Source of the DNA: a virus
Lineage: Duplodnaviria > Caudoviricetes
Length of the DNA: 64,000 nucleotides
IMG/VR virus record: IMGVR_UViG_3300014205_000170
Location: 352,001 to 416,000 of that record
Reading direction: 5' to 3' (one strand)
Part shown: piece after piece, positions 1-8,676 of the stretch
Layout of the letters: the number at the start of each line of letters is the position of its first letter
Numbering within the stretch: the stretch's first letter is position 1
The notes under the pieces: model-generated
What the model was told of the DNA's origin: nothing
What the model saw: the letters and a program-made list of their open reading frames with translations, nothing else
Databases searched by the model: none
Translations under genes and position numbers: made by a program

Positions 1-1
1 G

Positions 2-388
2 TTGAGAAAAAATTGGACCGGAGCCATAGTTGAGTTAGATAGTATAAGACGAAGATTGAAAATCCCTAGTTCTGATACTGATGGACAAGGTACTGTAATG
101 CAAGAAGCAAAAGAAGAATTGCGTAAAAGTTTTCGTACTGGAGCTGATGTTGCATGGAATGCTACATCTATAACTGAATTACAAAGAGCTCCTCTTATTG
201 ACCTTGCAATGGATTATGGAATGAAAATTAGAATTGTATATATTGATTGTAGTGTGGAAGAATCTATTCGAAAAAACAAAGAAAGACCTGAAAAAGAAAT
301 GGTGCCTGAAAAAGCTATTATTAATATGTCTCGAAAGTTTGATATGCCTACCTTAAAAGAATGTCATAAATTAGAAGTAGTAAGATGA
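2..388 (+). CDS. AAA_33/polynucleotide kinase-like P-loop protein, C-terminal part (5' truncated)
   Basis: LDSIR, VAWNATS, 'RIVYIDCSVEESIRKNKER...VPEKAI' pattern of Pnk-like kinases; Walker A lies outside the window. Confidence 0.7.
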   Translation: MRKNWTGAIVELDSIRRRLKIPSSDTDGQGTVMQEAKEELRKSFRTGADVAWNATSITELQRAPLIDLAMDYGMKIRIVYIDCSVEESIRKNKERPEKEMVPEKAIINMSRKFDMPTLKECHKLEVVR

Positions 389-801
389 TTTTTAATAATA
401 AAATAAGATTTAAAATTGGAAAGTTACGTTTGAAACTTAAACAAAAATTAAGTGTTAAATATATTCCAAACGAAAGAGAAGAAAAAGTTATTGAAATAGT
501 TAAAGCTTTAATTAAAGACAAATCTTCTGTTATGTTTTTTGCTCCTTTATCACGAAAACGCTATATAAAAAACGACATAAGAGAAGTATTCTTTATTATG
601 GAAGATGTTCATTTGACATTAGCTAGTAGTAAACACAGTTATTATTATGATATAAATGTTAATGCTACCGTTGCAGAAATGCTAAAAAAGAATTTTGATA
701 ATGTTTTAGAAAAGAGAAAAAATGTAATGGAAAAAGAAATGATTACTGGAGTAAAAAGTAATCTGGATTTCATTGCTAAACACATGAATGACCAAAAGTA
801 A
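385..801 (+). CDS. hypothetical protein
   Basis: 138 aa ORF with ATGA overlap to the upstream gene. Confidence 0.75.
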   Translation: MIFNNKIRFKIGKLRLKLKQKLSVKYIPNEREEKVIEIVKALIKDKSSVMFFAPLSRKRYIKNDIREVFFIMEDVHLTLASSKHSYYYDINVNATVAEMLKKNFDNVLEKRKNVMEKEMITGVKSNLDFIAKHMNDQK

Positions 802-823
802 CATTTATTACATTTTATCGTTT
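798..823 (+). promoter_or_regulatory. putative ECF-sigma-type promoter GTAAC-N16-CGTT
   Basis: GTAAC 798-802 and CGTTT 819-823; same motif and spacing at 3291, 20836 and 62661. Confidence 0.65.
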
Positions 824-831
824 AATCAATT

Positions 832-1371
832 ATGGAAAGTCCTGACGAAAAAATAGAGAGGCTTAGAAAAGAACGCGAAGAAACATTGAGACAAAAGTAT
901 TTAAATGAAGACTTTTATCTTAGTGAAACAGGGGGTTTGTCCAGATATGGGTGGGGTGAAAATTTATTATATGTTGGCATGATGGTTCGCGTGAAAAAAC
1001 CATCTAAATCTAAAATACCTGGATGGAGAAATGGAATAATTGAATATATCAAAATCGAAAACAAAACTCCTAAAATTGGAGTTATTTGTGGGGTTAAAAA
1101 AATAAAATTCGAGAAATCATTTTATGAGGTTTCTCCATCTAATCAAATGCAGCAAATTGTGCTTTGGGAAGGAATAGAGGTTCCGGAGAGATTAAAAAAA
1201 ATGAGTACTTTTCAATTATTAAGTGAATTTAGAAAGAGAAGGAAAGATATTCGTAATGACGAAGAAGAACAATGGTATAAAAAAGAGCTGTATTTGAGAG
1301 AACATGTTGGAACTACTAATAAGAAAATAAAGAAACAATTAAGGCAAAAAAAGTCCATTAATAAAACGTAA
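832..1371 (+). CDS. hypothetical protein
   Basis: 179 aa ORF directly after the ECF-like motif. Confidence 0.75.
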   Translation: MESPDEKIERLRKEREETLRQKYLNEDFYLSETGGLSRYGWGENLLYVGMMVRVKKPSKSKIPGWRNGIIEYIKIENKTPKIGVICGVKKIKFEKSFYEVSPSNQMQQIVLWEGIEVPERLKKMSTFQLLSEFRKRRKDIRNDEEEQWYKKELYLREHVGTTNKKIKKQLRQKKSINKT

Positions 1372-1985
1372 TGATAAACATAAGTAAAACTTTTGCTGAA
1401 AAAATGAAAAAATCTATGAAATCCAATGGATTAAATCCAGAAGATTTCGTAATATGTTTTTCTGCGAGTGACTGCTCTTCAAAAGATTCAGAAAAAAAAA
1501 GTTCAGTATCTTTAAGTTGTGTTATAATTCCTTTATATGTTTTTTCAAAATCATCTACTGAAAAAATATCTGTTGATGTTGACCTAAATATGTTATTTAA
1601 GAGATATGGTTGTTGGATTGCTTCTAATACAGCTGCTTTTTTTCATTTAATTAATCGCAAAGTTAGCTTTGATAAAAATAATTCTATTGTTTTTATTCAA
1701 GTTGATATGAAAAGTAAAAATAATTTTGCGCATTTTGTTGGCGGGTGCGTAACAGAGCACATGAAAAATGAAAAATTATCCAAAAAACAATTAAGATTAA
1801 ATTTAAAACTTACAACAACTAGGTTTAAACAATTGCTTGATGGAAAATTGAATTTAAATTTAACTGATTTGTATTCAATTTCTAGAGAAATAAAAGGAGA
1901 AAATAAGATTTCGAAATTTTCAGTATTAATTGAAAAATTTGTTATTCCTAAAGCCCAAGTAATTGAAGAATTTTTTGATGTTTAA
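1371..1985 (+). CDS. protein with C-terminal XRE/Cro-C1-like HTH
   Basis: VTEHMKNEKLSKKQLRLNLKLTTTRFKQLLDGKLNLNLTDLYSI resembles an XRE HTH. Confidence 0.55.
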   Translation: MINISKTFAEKMKKSMKSNGLNPEDFVICFSASDCSSKDSEKKSSVSLSCVIIPLYVFSKSSTEKISVDVDLNMLFKRYGCWIASNTAAFFHLINRKVSFDKNNSIVFIQVDMKSKNNFAHFVGGCVTEHMKNEKLSKKQLRLNLKLTTTRFKQLLDGKLNLNLTDLYSISREIKGENKISKFSVLIEKFVIPKAQVIEEFFDV

Positions 1986-2004
1986 AAAAAAAATTTTATA
2001 TTTG
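1974..2004 (+). promoter_or_regulatory. Bacteroidota housekeeping promoter (TTTG-N19-TATATTTG) upstream of tRNA
   Basis: TTTG 1974-1977 and TATATTTG 1997-2004. Confidence 0.7.
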
Positions 2005-2016
2005 CAATAATAATAT

Positions 2017-2088
2017 GCCCTGATAGTTCAATGGATAGAACAAGAGTTTTCTAAACTCTTAATCCAAGTTCGATTCTTGGTCGGGGTA
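2017..2088 (+). tRNA. tRNA-Arg (anticodon TCT), CCA not encoded
   Basis: Cloverleaf: acceptor GCCCTGA/TCGGGGT, D stem GTTC/GAAC, anticodon stem AGAGT/ACTCT with loop TTTCTAA, T arm CCAAG-TTCGATT-CTTGG. Confidence 0.92.
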
Positions 2089-2096
2089 CACAGAAT

Positions 2097-2258
2097 ATGG
2101 AAACAATATTTCATTTATTAGGATTATGTCCAGACGCTCATTCACATTTTGATATGCTTGATGTAGTAGCTTTATGGGATTCAATAATTTTTTATTGTTC
2201 TCGTCTATCACTTCTTTTTATTAAAATTAAAATTACTATTTTGGATTTAATAAAATAA
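2097..2258 (+). CDS. small 53-aa protein (METIFHLLGLCPDAHSHFD...), below the ORF-track cutoff
   Basis: Fills the gap after the tRNA; its TAA overlaps the next ATG (TAATG). Confidence 0.6.
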   Translation: METIFHLLGLCPDAHSHFDMLDVVALWDSIIFYCSRLSLLFIKIKITILDLIK

Positions 2259-2488
2259 TGTCTAAAGAAGAAATATTAAATAAAATTTTTGATAAATTTC
2301 CAGATATATTCGTTAATCAACACAATTCAAATGAAGGTATTTCTGTAAACCTCCTAGCTCAAAAATTAAAACAATTTCAAATACTGGATATAGATTTTCC
2401 TATAAGATTTGTATTGTTCGAAAAAACAGGTAATTTATCAGGCCGAAACATTGAATTGTTAAAGCTTTTTCATCAATTATCTAAATGA
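2258..2488 (+). CDS. hypothetical protein
   Basis: 76 aa ORF, translationally coupled to the upstream small ORF. Confidence 0.6.
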   Translation: MSKEEILNKIFDKFPDIFVNQHNSNEGISVNLLAQKLKQFQILDIDFPIRFVLFEKTGNLSGRNIELLKLFHQLSK

Positions 2489-2528
2489 AAATCTTGATTT
2501 TTATATTTTAATGCATTAAATTTAATGC

Positions 2529-2933
2529 ATGGAGAAAGAAATTTATAATTTATTTGTAGGTCGATGGCAACCACCACATTTAGGACATATGTATTTATTT
2601 AATGAAATTTTAAAACATAATAAAAAAGTTTTAATAGCCATTAGAGATGTGCTTCCTGATGAAAAAAATCCCCTTACTTCTTTACAAGTAAAAGGATTAT
2701 GGGAAAAGATTTATTCAGATAGTGAGGATGTGAAAGTTATGATAATACCGGATATTGAATCTATTAATTGGGGCAGAGGTGTTGGTTACAAAACAACAGA
2801 ACATGTACCGCCGGCAGATATTTATAATATTAGCGCAACTCAAATAAGAAATGAAATAAAAAATGGTTCTGATTCTTGGAAAAAAATGGTGAATGAAAAA
2901 GTCCATGATGAAATTTTTGAATTATTAAAATGA
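2529..2933 (+). CDS. HxGH cytidylyltransferase-like nucleotidyltransferase
   Basis: GRWQPPHLGH, KNPLT and ISATQIR motifs. Confidence 0.85.
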   Translation: MEKEIYNLFVGRWQPPHLGHMYLFNEILKHNKKVLIAIRDVLPDEKNPLTSLQVKGLWEKIYSDSEDVKVMIIPDIESINWGRGVGYKTTEHVPPADIYNISATQIRNEIKNGSDSWKKMVNEKVHDEIFELLK

Positions 2934-3280
2934 TAAAGACATATAGATTTTATAAAGAACTCGAACGTTGGTATGCAGATATTCCTGAATGGCCCGGAAC
3001 TAAAGAAGAACTTATGATGGTTGAAGGAGCTGATAAAATGTTAGAAATAATTGGAGAAGGTAATTCAGAATTAAAAATGAATTTTGCTTTAACTCCTTTT
3101 GAAAATTCTTCTGAATTAAAACTTTTGTATTTAGGAGAAGAAGAAGGTGGTGGTTATTATCTCTTAGAAAAATTTAATAAGTCTATTTTAAATCATAAAT
3201 TATGGTTATGTGATGTTACGAAGTTTGTATTTAATGACACAAACATGCCCGATAAGATTTTTATTGAAAAAGTGAGCTAA
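2930..3280 (+). CDS. conserved hypothetical protein (DUF6717-like)
   Basis: RWYADIPEW...MVEGADKML...WLCDVTKFVF pattern; ATGA overlap. Confidence 0.6.
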   Translation: MIKTYRFYKELERWYADIPEWPGTKEELMMVEGADKMLEIIGEGNSELKMNFALTPFENSSELKLLYLGEEEGGGYYLLEKFNKSILNHKLWLCDVTKFVFNDTNMPDKIFIEKVS

Positions 3281-3290
3281 ATTCATAAAT

Positions 3291-3316
3291 GTAACCTTCC
3301 CGCTAAGTTTTCGTTT
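3291..3316 (+). promoter_or_regulatory. putative ECF-sigma-type promoter
   Basis: GTAAC 3291-3295, N16, CGTTT 3312-3316. Confidence 0.65.
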
Positions 3317-3334
3317 AAATATTAAAAGGACAAT

Positions 3335-3793
3335 ATGAAACACATTCTTTTAATTTTAACAATTAGTATTTTAACATTATTCACGGCATGTGAAAATGGA
3401 GATAAAAATGCTGTCAAAATAGATTCAGAAGCTTTAATAACTCCTGAACCAGAGGTTTTAAATAAGCCTTTTGCTAATCCTGTATTCATTTATGGGTCTT
3501 CATTTGGTAATTTCTTTCAAATGCTTTATAAACAAGGTAAATTTGAAGATATGCTTAAATTTACTAGTTCTAATACTATTACGAAGTTCGGTAAAGAAAA
3601 TATTGTTGTAATGTATCAAAATATGGCATTTGCTTATGAGATGAAATTAAAATCACAAACTATTAGTGGCGATACTACAATTTTAAATTATGAAGCCGGT
3701 ATTTTTGCTACCAAGCACATGATTAGAATACCGGTTATTATTGAAAATGATACCGCAAAAATTGTCATAAACAAATTAGATTGGTTTAAATAA
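3335..3793 (+). CDS. lipoprotein
   Basis: Signal peptide MKHILLILTISILTLFTA-C ending in a lipobox Cys. Confidence 0.75.
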   Translation: MKHILLILTISILTLFTACENGDKNAVKIDSEALITPEPEVLNKPFANPVFIYGSSFGNFFQMLYKQGKFEDMLKFTSSNTITKFGKENIVVMYQNMAFAYEMKLKSQTISGDTTILNYEAGIFATKHMIRIPVIIENDTAKIVINKLDWFK

Positions 3794-3794
3794 C

Positions 3795-3826
3795 AAAAAA
3801 CCCAGAAACTAAGTTCCTGGGTTTTT
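3795..3826. terminator. bidirectional intrinsic terminator between lipoprotein and major capsid genes
   Basis: AAAAAACCCAG-aaactaagttc-CTGGGTTTTT between convergent genes. Confidence 0.8.
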
Positions 3827-3856
3827 AATTCTATCCTTATTCAGGCATTACTCAGA

Positions 3857-5416
3857 TTAAGAGTAAACTTGTGCGTAAGTGTTCAAGTTATCAAGAAGGA
3901 TTACTCCGTAGAAACGGTTGTTAATCATTTTCTTTGCATAACGAGTCATGATACCTTTACGAGGTGTGAAATCGTTCGGGTCATAGATAGTAGCAGTTAA
4001 TTGAAGTGGAATGTATGGAGCATACACGTAACCAGCTTCCAAGAAAGTGTTACCTTTGTGACCAATCAACACAGTACCAGCAGGCATATAAGGGTCTTTG
4101 TAAACCACATATCTGTTTCCTAAGTTACCGATTTTCTCAACACCAAGGTTGTATTTTTCTGTTTCTGGAGAAGCAGAAGAATCTACGTGGAAATATTCAA
4201 GGTCATCAAATATTGCACCGGCTTCTGCTGAACAGATAATCCAGTTTGCACCACCACGTAAAGTAGCCTTGTGAATTTGAGCTGAAAGCTCGTTAATTCT
4301 TGTGATAAGAGTTTGATTCCAATCTTTTTGAGTTCCGAAGAAGTTAGCATTGTTTTTTAAACCTGCATAATCCCAACGTGCTTCAAACATAGCCTCTTGT
4401 ACAAGGTCACGGATGATTTCACGGTCGATTTCAGCAGCAATTTCTTCAGAAAGAAGAGCAGTTAACTCAGCTTCAGCATCAATTGAGTGATAAGCTTCTA
4501 AATCTTGAGCAAGTTCAGGAGTCCAGTGAGCTCTCATTTTTCTTGTAACAGTGTTAACGGTTACAGAAGAGAAACGGATTGTAAGCTCAGACATTTCTGA
4601 TTTAGCTTCAAGGTCATTGTAGATTTGGTAAGTTGGGATGAAACTAAAGTTTTGCAATAAAGCATAGTTAAAGTCTGAACCATAGATACCAGCAGGACGT
4701 ACATCAAGAACTACACTAGTACTTTGAGCAGAGAACATATCCGCACCCCATTTTTGAAGTGATGAATAATATTTAATGCTTGCACCAGCAGCAAATAAAG
4801 TTGTACCATTATATACAACAGCAGTTACAGCTGACATTGCTAATGAAGCAGATGATTGAGCTTTGCTTACATCGAAAGATGTACCTAAAGCAACTAATCT
4901 TTCGATTAATCCAGTAGTTGTATCAGCAGAACCTACAGTCACTTGTGTTCCATAAGCAGTACTTGCAGTACCAAAAGAAGTATCATAACCACGGTTATCA
5001 TAAAATCTTTCGTAAGCAGAGTTGTTGCTGAAAGTTGGACCAGCTTGATTGTTTGCAGTATTTTGAGGTGCTACTTGGTTAGTAGATACTCTTGCGTCCA
5101 TGTAGAACAATAAACCTGAAGGTAAAGCCAAAGGCTGTACAGACACGATTTCGTTCGCAAGTAAACGAGAGAAGATACGTCTTACCATAGGGAAAGCCAC
5201 TGTATCAAAACGACCTGCAGATGAATCAAGGGTAACCTCGTTCAACATATGAGAAGCTTGGTTCTCAAGTAACTGAGCAATGTTTTGTTTTTTGCCAGTA
5301 TTTAAACCTTCAAGTAAACCTGAGTTCTCCCAGTTCTTGATGATTGTTTTTCTTTGTTCGGACAAGTTTCTAAGGGTTGTTAAACCAACCTGTCCACTGT
5401 TTAATAATTCACTCAT
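3857..5416 (-). CDS. major capsid protein, T4 gp23-like
   Basis: LLENQ, PMVRR...VSVQP, TRKMRAHWTPELAQDLEAYH, EIDREII, YAPYIPLQ, GIMTRYA motifs. Confidence 0.97.
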   Translation of the reverse strand: MSELLNSGQVGLTTLRNLSEQRKTIIKNWENSGLLEGLNTGKKQNIAQLLENQASHMLNEVTLDSSAGRFDTVAFPMVRRIFSRLLANEIVSVQPLALPSGLLFYMDARVSTNQVAPQNTANNQAGPTFSNNSAYERFYDNRGYDTSFGTASTAYGTQVTVGSADTTTGLIERLVALGTSFDVSKAQSSASLAMSAVTAVVYNGTTLFAAGASIKYYSSLQKWGADMFSAQSTSVVLDVRPAGIYGSDFNYALLQNFSFIPTYQIYNDLEAKSEMSELTIRFSSVTVNTVTRKMRAHWTPELAQDLEAYHSIDAEAELTALLSEEIAAEIDREIIRDLVQEAMFEARWDYAGLKNNANFFGTQKDWNQTLITRINELSAQIHKATLRGGANWIICSAEAGAIFDDLEYFHVDSSASPETEKYNLGVEKIGNLGNRYVVYKDPYMPAGTVLIGHKGNTFLEAGYVYAPYIPLQLTATIYDPNDFTPRKGIMTRYAKKMINNRFYGVILLDNLNTYAQVYS

Positions 5417-5449
5417 TTTGTTTGTTTTTTTTTAATTTATGGGTTTTTT

Positions 5450-6925
5450 TTACTCTTCAACTTTTTTAGAAATTCCAGCTAATCTTTTCATTCTTCTAAT
5501 CTCATCACTTTCATAAAGTGTTTGAGTGTTTGAAGAAATCATAACTGCCGGACTTGAAGATTTTAATTTATCAATTGATGTCGTTTTAGTAGATTTTGAA
5601 TCTTTCATTTCGTTAAGGAAATTATTGTAAAGTTTTTTTGCATCTTCGATAGATTCAACTTTATCAAATTCCTCAGCGATTTTAATTTTCTCATCATTTG
5701 TAAGACCACCATTGGTGAAGAGCTTGTTAGCATAAGCTAATTTTGCATTAAAAATCTGCACTTCATTGATTTGTTTTCTAAGGACAATAAAAGATTCTTT
5801 GTACTCTTTTAGAGTTGCAGATAATCCTTGTTTTTCCTTTTTTAAACTTTCGTTTTCCTTTGAGAGCTCGTCGAATTTCGACCCATATTGAGCTTTAATT
5901 TTATCAATACCTTCTTTAAGAGCATTTTGTGACATTGGAGCTTGAGGATTGTGGTGCCCTTTTTGAGCTTTTATATGTCCTCTTCTTCCAGCTTTGTTTT
6001 CAGTAGAGAATGATACACCAAGAACTTCGTCCATGTTAGCATCGTCTTCTTCTGCATCTTCGTCAACAATTTCAAGCTCATTAAATAATTCCATTATAGA
6101 ATCAGAATTAAGTTCATTCATATCGTCTTCCAATTCATAAACAACATCAGTTTCTTCCATGTGACCTTCGTCTTCCATTTCATAAACTACTTCTTCATCA
6201 GTATCATCATCTAATTCAAATTCATCTTCTTGTAAAGCAGGTGCTGGAGCAGGTACCGGAGTTTCATCAGGAATTGCTGTTCCACCAGGAACTTGTGTGT
6301 TAGCATCAGGAGCAATTTCTCCTTCTGGTTCATCTTCAATAATTGAAACTTCGCCTTCACCTTCTTGGTTTCCACCTTCTGCAGAAATAGCATCTATTTT
6401 ACTTAAAATATCATCCAATTTACTGTTCACAGTTTGAATTGTTGCTTCTTCTGTTGCAGGAGCCTCAGCACCCTGAACTGCATCCGGTGTTTCTACTGGA
6501 GCAACTTCTGCATTTGGTTGTGCAGGTTGTACAGCATCATTAGGTTCATTTAAACCTTCAATTTCAAAGATTTCTTCCATATCTTCTTCGTTGTTGTTGT
6601 TTGTAATTTCTTCTGGTGTTTCTTCTGTTTCATCAGAAATTTCACCTTCAATATCATTTGTAATTTCTGGAATTTCTACATCTCCATTAGAAGGTGTATT
6701 TTCACTAGAAATTTTAATTGTTAATTCAGCATTTTGTGGAAGTTCAACATTCAATCCTTCTTTAAGAGATTCTTGTTCATAGTCTTTTAAAGCTTGATTA
6801 GCAACTTCCTTAATTTTTGGAGCTAATTCTTCCTCAAGAATTTTTTTAGCCTTTTCGATAGCAGATTTTTCAATTTCTCTAGCTTCGATTAATGCTTCTT
6901 GTATTGAACTTTTTTTGATACTCAT
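5450..6925 (-). CDS. prohead core/scaffolding protein
   Basis: Very acidic, C-terminal coiled coil (NAKLAYANKLF), many L/M-x-E sites, located between protease and capsid genes. Confidence 0.85.
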   Translation of the reverse strand: MSIKKSSIQEALIEAREIEKSAIEKAKKILEEELAPKIKEVANQALKDYEQESLKEGLNVELPQNAELTIKISSENTPSNGDVEIPEITNDIEGEISDETEETPEEITNNNNEEDMEEIFEIEGLNEPNDAVQPAQPNAEVAPVETPDAVQGAEAPATEEATIQTVNSKLDDILSKIDAISAEGGNQEGEGEVSIIEDEPEGEIAPDANTQVPGGTAIPDETPVPAPAPALQEDEFELDDDTDEEVVYEMEDEGHMEETDVVYELEDDMNELNSDSIMELFNELEIVDEDAEEDDANMDEVLGVSFSTENKAGRRGHIKAQKGHHNPQAPMSQNALKEGIDKIKAQYGSKFDELSKENESLKKEKQGLSATLKEYKESFIVLRKQINEVQIFNAKLAYANKLFTNGGLTNDEKIKIAEEFDKVESIEDAKKLYNNFLNEMKDSKSTKTTSIDKLKSSSPAVMISSNTQTLYESDEIRRMKRLAGISKKVEE

Positions 6926-6996
6926 CTCTGTTTTTATTTAAGGATGCTTTATTTCAACATAAATAGTAGATAAAAAAGCAAATTCCATTTTATTTG

Positions 6997-7665
6997 TTAC
7001 TTTGTCCAAAATTTTTGGTTAGCAACATCTAATAATTGTTTTAATTTGATTGTCTTTGCGCTATTTTCAACCTCATCTGCTCTTAAAGTTTTAAAACTTT
7101 CGTCTGTAATTTTCTTTAAACCAACTTTTCCAGCTTCGAAACCTTCTTTAAACATATATGCGCCTGGAGTGGATGGAGATGAAACAAAATCAAAAGCGAT
7201 TAATTCAAAATCTTCCTGAACAACATCTGCACCGGTTTGGCTTTTTACAGAACCAACACCTCTTGATGAAATACCAAGCATAACTCCGCTTCTTAATAAA
7301 CCTTTTAAAATATTTCCTGATGGAGTGTCAATAATTTCTACTTCTCCGTATAAAGTTTCGCCATCCCACCACATTTTAGTAACTAAGTGAGAAACATTCG
7401 ATAATGAAACAACAGCCGAATCAGGATGGTCACATTCTCCTAATGCTCTTCTTTCTCTAACTAATTCTTGATATTTTTCAACTTCTCTTTTTAAAATATC
7501 ATATGGATATTTTCTTCCATTTCTATTTAAAGTATTAGCTTTTTGTAAAATCCCTTTTAATATTACAGGTAAATTTTTTTCTTCTGCTTCTTTAATTATA
7601 GTCCTTAAATTTTCAGGATTAAAAGCATAGAATTCACTAATGATATATTTACTTTCTTGTGACAT
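6997..7665 (-). CDS. prohead protease, T4 gp21-like
   Basis: NRNGRKYP, ALGECDHP, GISSRGVGS, DFVSSPSTPGA. Confidence 0.95.
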   Translation of the reverse strand: MSQESKYIISEFYAFNPENLRTIIKEAEEKNLPVILKGILQKANTLNRNGRKYPYDILKREVEKYQELVRERRALGECDHPDSAVVSLSNVSHLVTKMWWDGETLYGEVEIIDTPSGNILKGLLRSGVMLGISSRGVGSVKSQTGADVVQEDFELIAFDFVSSPSTPGAYMFKEGFEAGKVGLKKITDESFKTLRADEVENSAKTIKLKQLLDVANQKFWTK

Positions 7666-7680
7666 TATTTCTTTTTTTAG

Positions 7681-7717
7681 TAAATAGCTTTGAAAAAAAT
7701 AAGTTCACACATATTTA
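7681..7717. promoter_or_regulatory. divergent pair of TATTTA (putative late promoter) motifs
   Basis: TAAATA 7681-7686 faces the protease gene; TATTTA 7712-7717 faces the kinase-like gene. Confidence 0.5.
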
Positions 7718-7721
7718 AACT

Positions 7722-8675
7722 ATGATGAAGCATGATTGTAATAATAATTTCAGAAGCATTATTAGAGAAATGTTTGTTGAACAATTACAGTTATTTTCTT
7801 TAAAAAAAACCTTATCTAAATATTACGAGACCAATTCTTATGGTCAAAAAGGTGATAGAACAACTATAACAATACCGAAAATTGAAAATTCAAAACTTAA
7901 TTGGTTATTCTTTCAATTATTAGATATAATTGATGAATTATTAATTAATCATATAGAGAGTGATGATTTTACAAATCCTGAACACTGGGGATTTAAACCA
8001 GATGGTGTTTTGGGGTTATATGATATTGGATTTGGTAATTATTATGCACAATTTAAAAATGACTTAGAAGATATACCAATTGAACTAGGAGAAGATTATA
8101 TATCGCAAATATTAAGAAAATTGAATATAAAATCCGCTGATTTAATTGGCGGAGGAATGAATGGAAGCGCATATGAGATTGGAGATAATAAAATTTTAAA
8201 AATAACTCGCGACCGTTCAGAAGCAGTTAATTGTCAAAAAATAATTGGTAAAAAACTTAAACATTTGGCTGACATTTATACTGTTAAACAATTTAAAATA
8301 GATGGTAGAATAAATTATGTAATTCTATTAGAAAAATTAAGAAATGAAAATAAAATTACTCAATTAGCTAAAGAATTATCAGATGTATTTGATAAACAGA
8401 GAAACAAGCATTTAGATATATCTATCCTTAATGCTATAAAGAAAAAACACCCTATTGTAGCAGATTTTATTCTTGATATGAATCAAAATGGTTATGAAAA
8501 AACTTGGGATAAATGGCGCAATAAACTTGTTGATGAAAAATTAATCACACAATATGATTGGAATGATATAAGTGAAATTTCACAATGGGTAAAAGGTTCA
8601 ATCGAAAATAAAAATGACATTATGGATGAGCCTCCACATTATGTGATTGATTTAATAAAATTTCTAATTTTATAA
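7722..8675 (+). CDS. protein kinase-like protein with reversed lobe order
   Basis: Catalytic loop/DFG-like segment (SDDFTNPEHWG...LYDIGFG) precedes the N-lobe (IGGGMNGSAY, KILKIT, SEA, YVILLEKL). Confidence 0.7.
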   Translation: MMKHDCNNNFRSIIREMFVEQLQLFSLKKTLSKYYETNSYGQKGDRTTITIPKIENSKLNWLFFQLLDIIDELLINHIESDDFTNPEHWGFKPDGVLGLYDIGFGNYYAQFKNDLEDIPIELGEDYISQILRKLNIKSADLIGGGMNGSAYEIGDNKILKITRDRSEAVNCQKIIGKKLKHLADIYTVKQFKIDGRINYVILLEKLRNENKITQLAKELSDVFDKQRNKHLDISILNAIKKKHPIVADFILDMNQNGYEKTWDKWRNKLVDEKLITQYDWNDISEISQWVKGSIENKNDIMDEPPHYVIDLIKFLIL

Positions 8676-8676
8676 A

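Noticed and set aside
2017-2088. tRNA as an amber (CTA) suppressor implying stop-codon recoding
   Set aside because: The 5-bp stem and 7-nt loop place TCT at the anticodon; long genes are intact in code 11, and TAG/TGA act as stops
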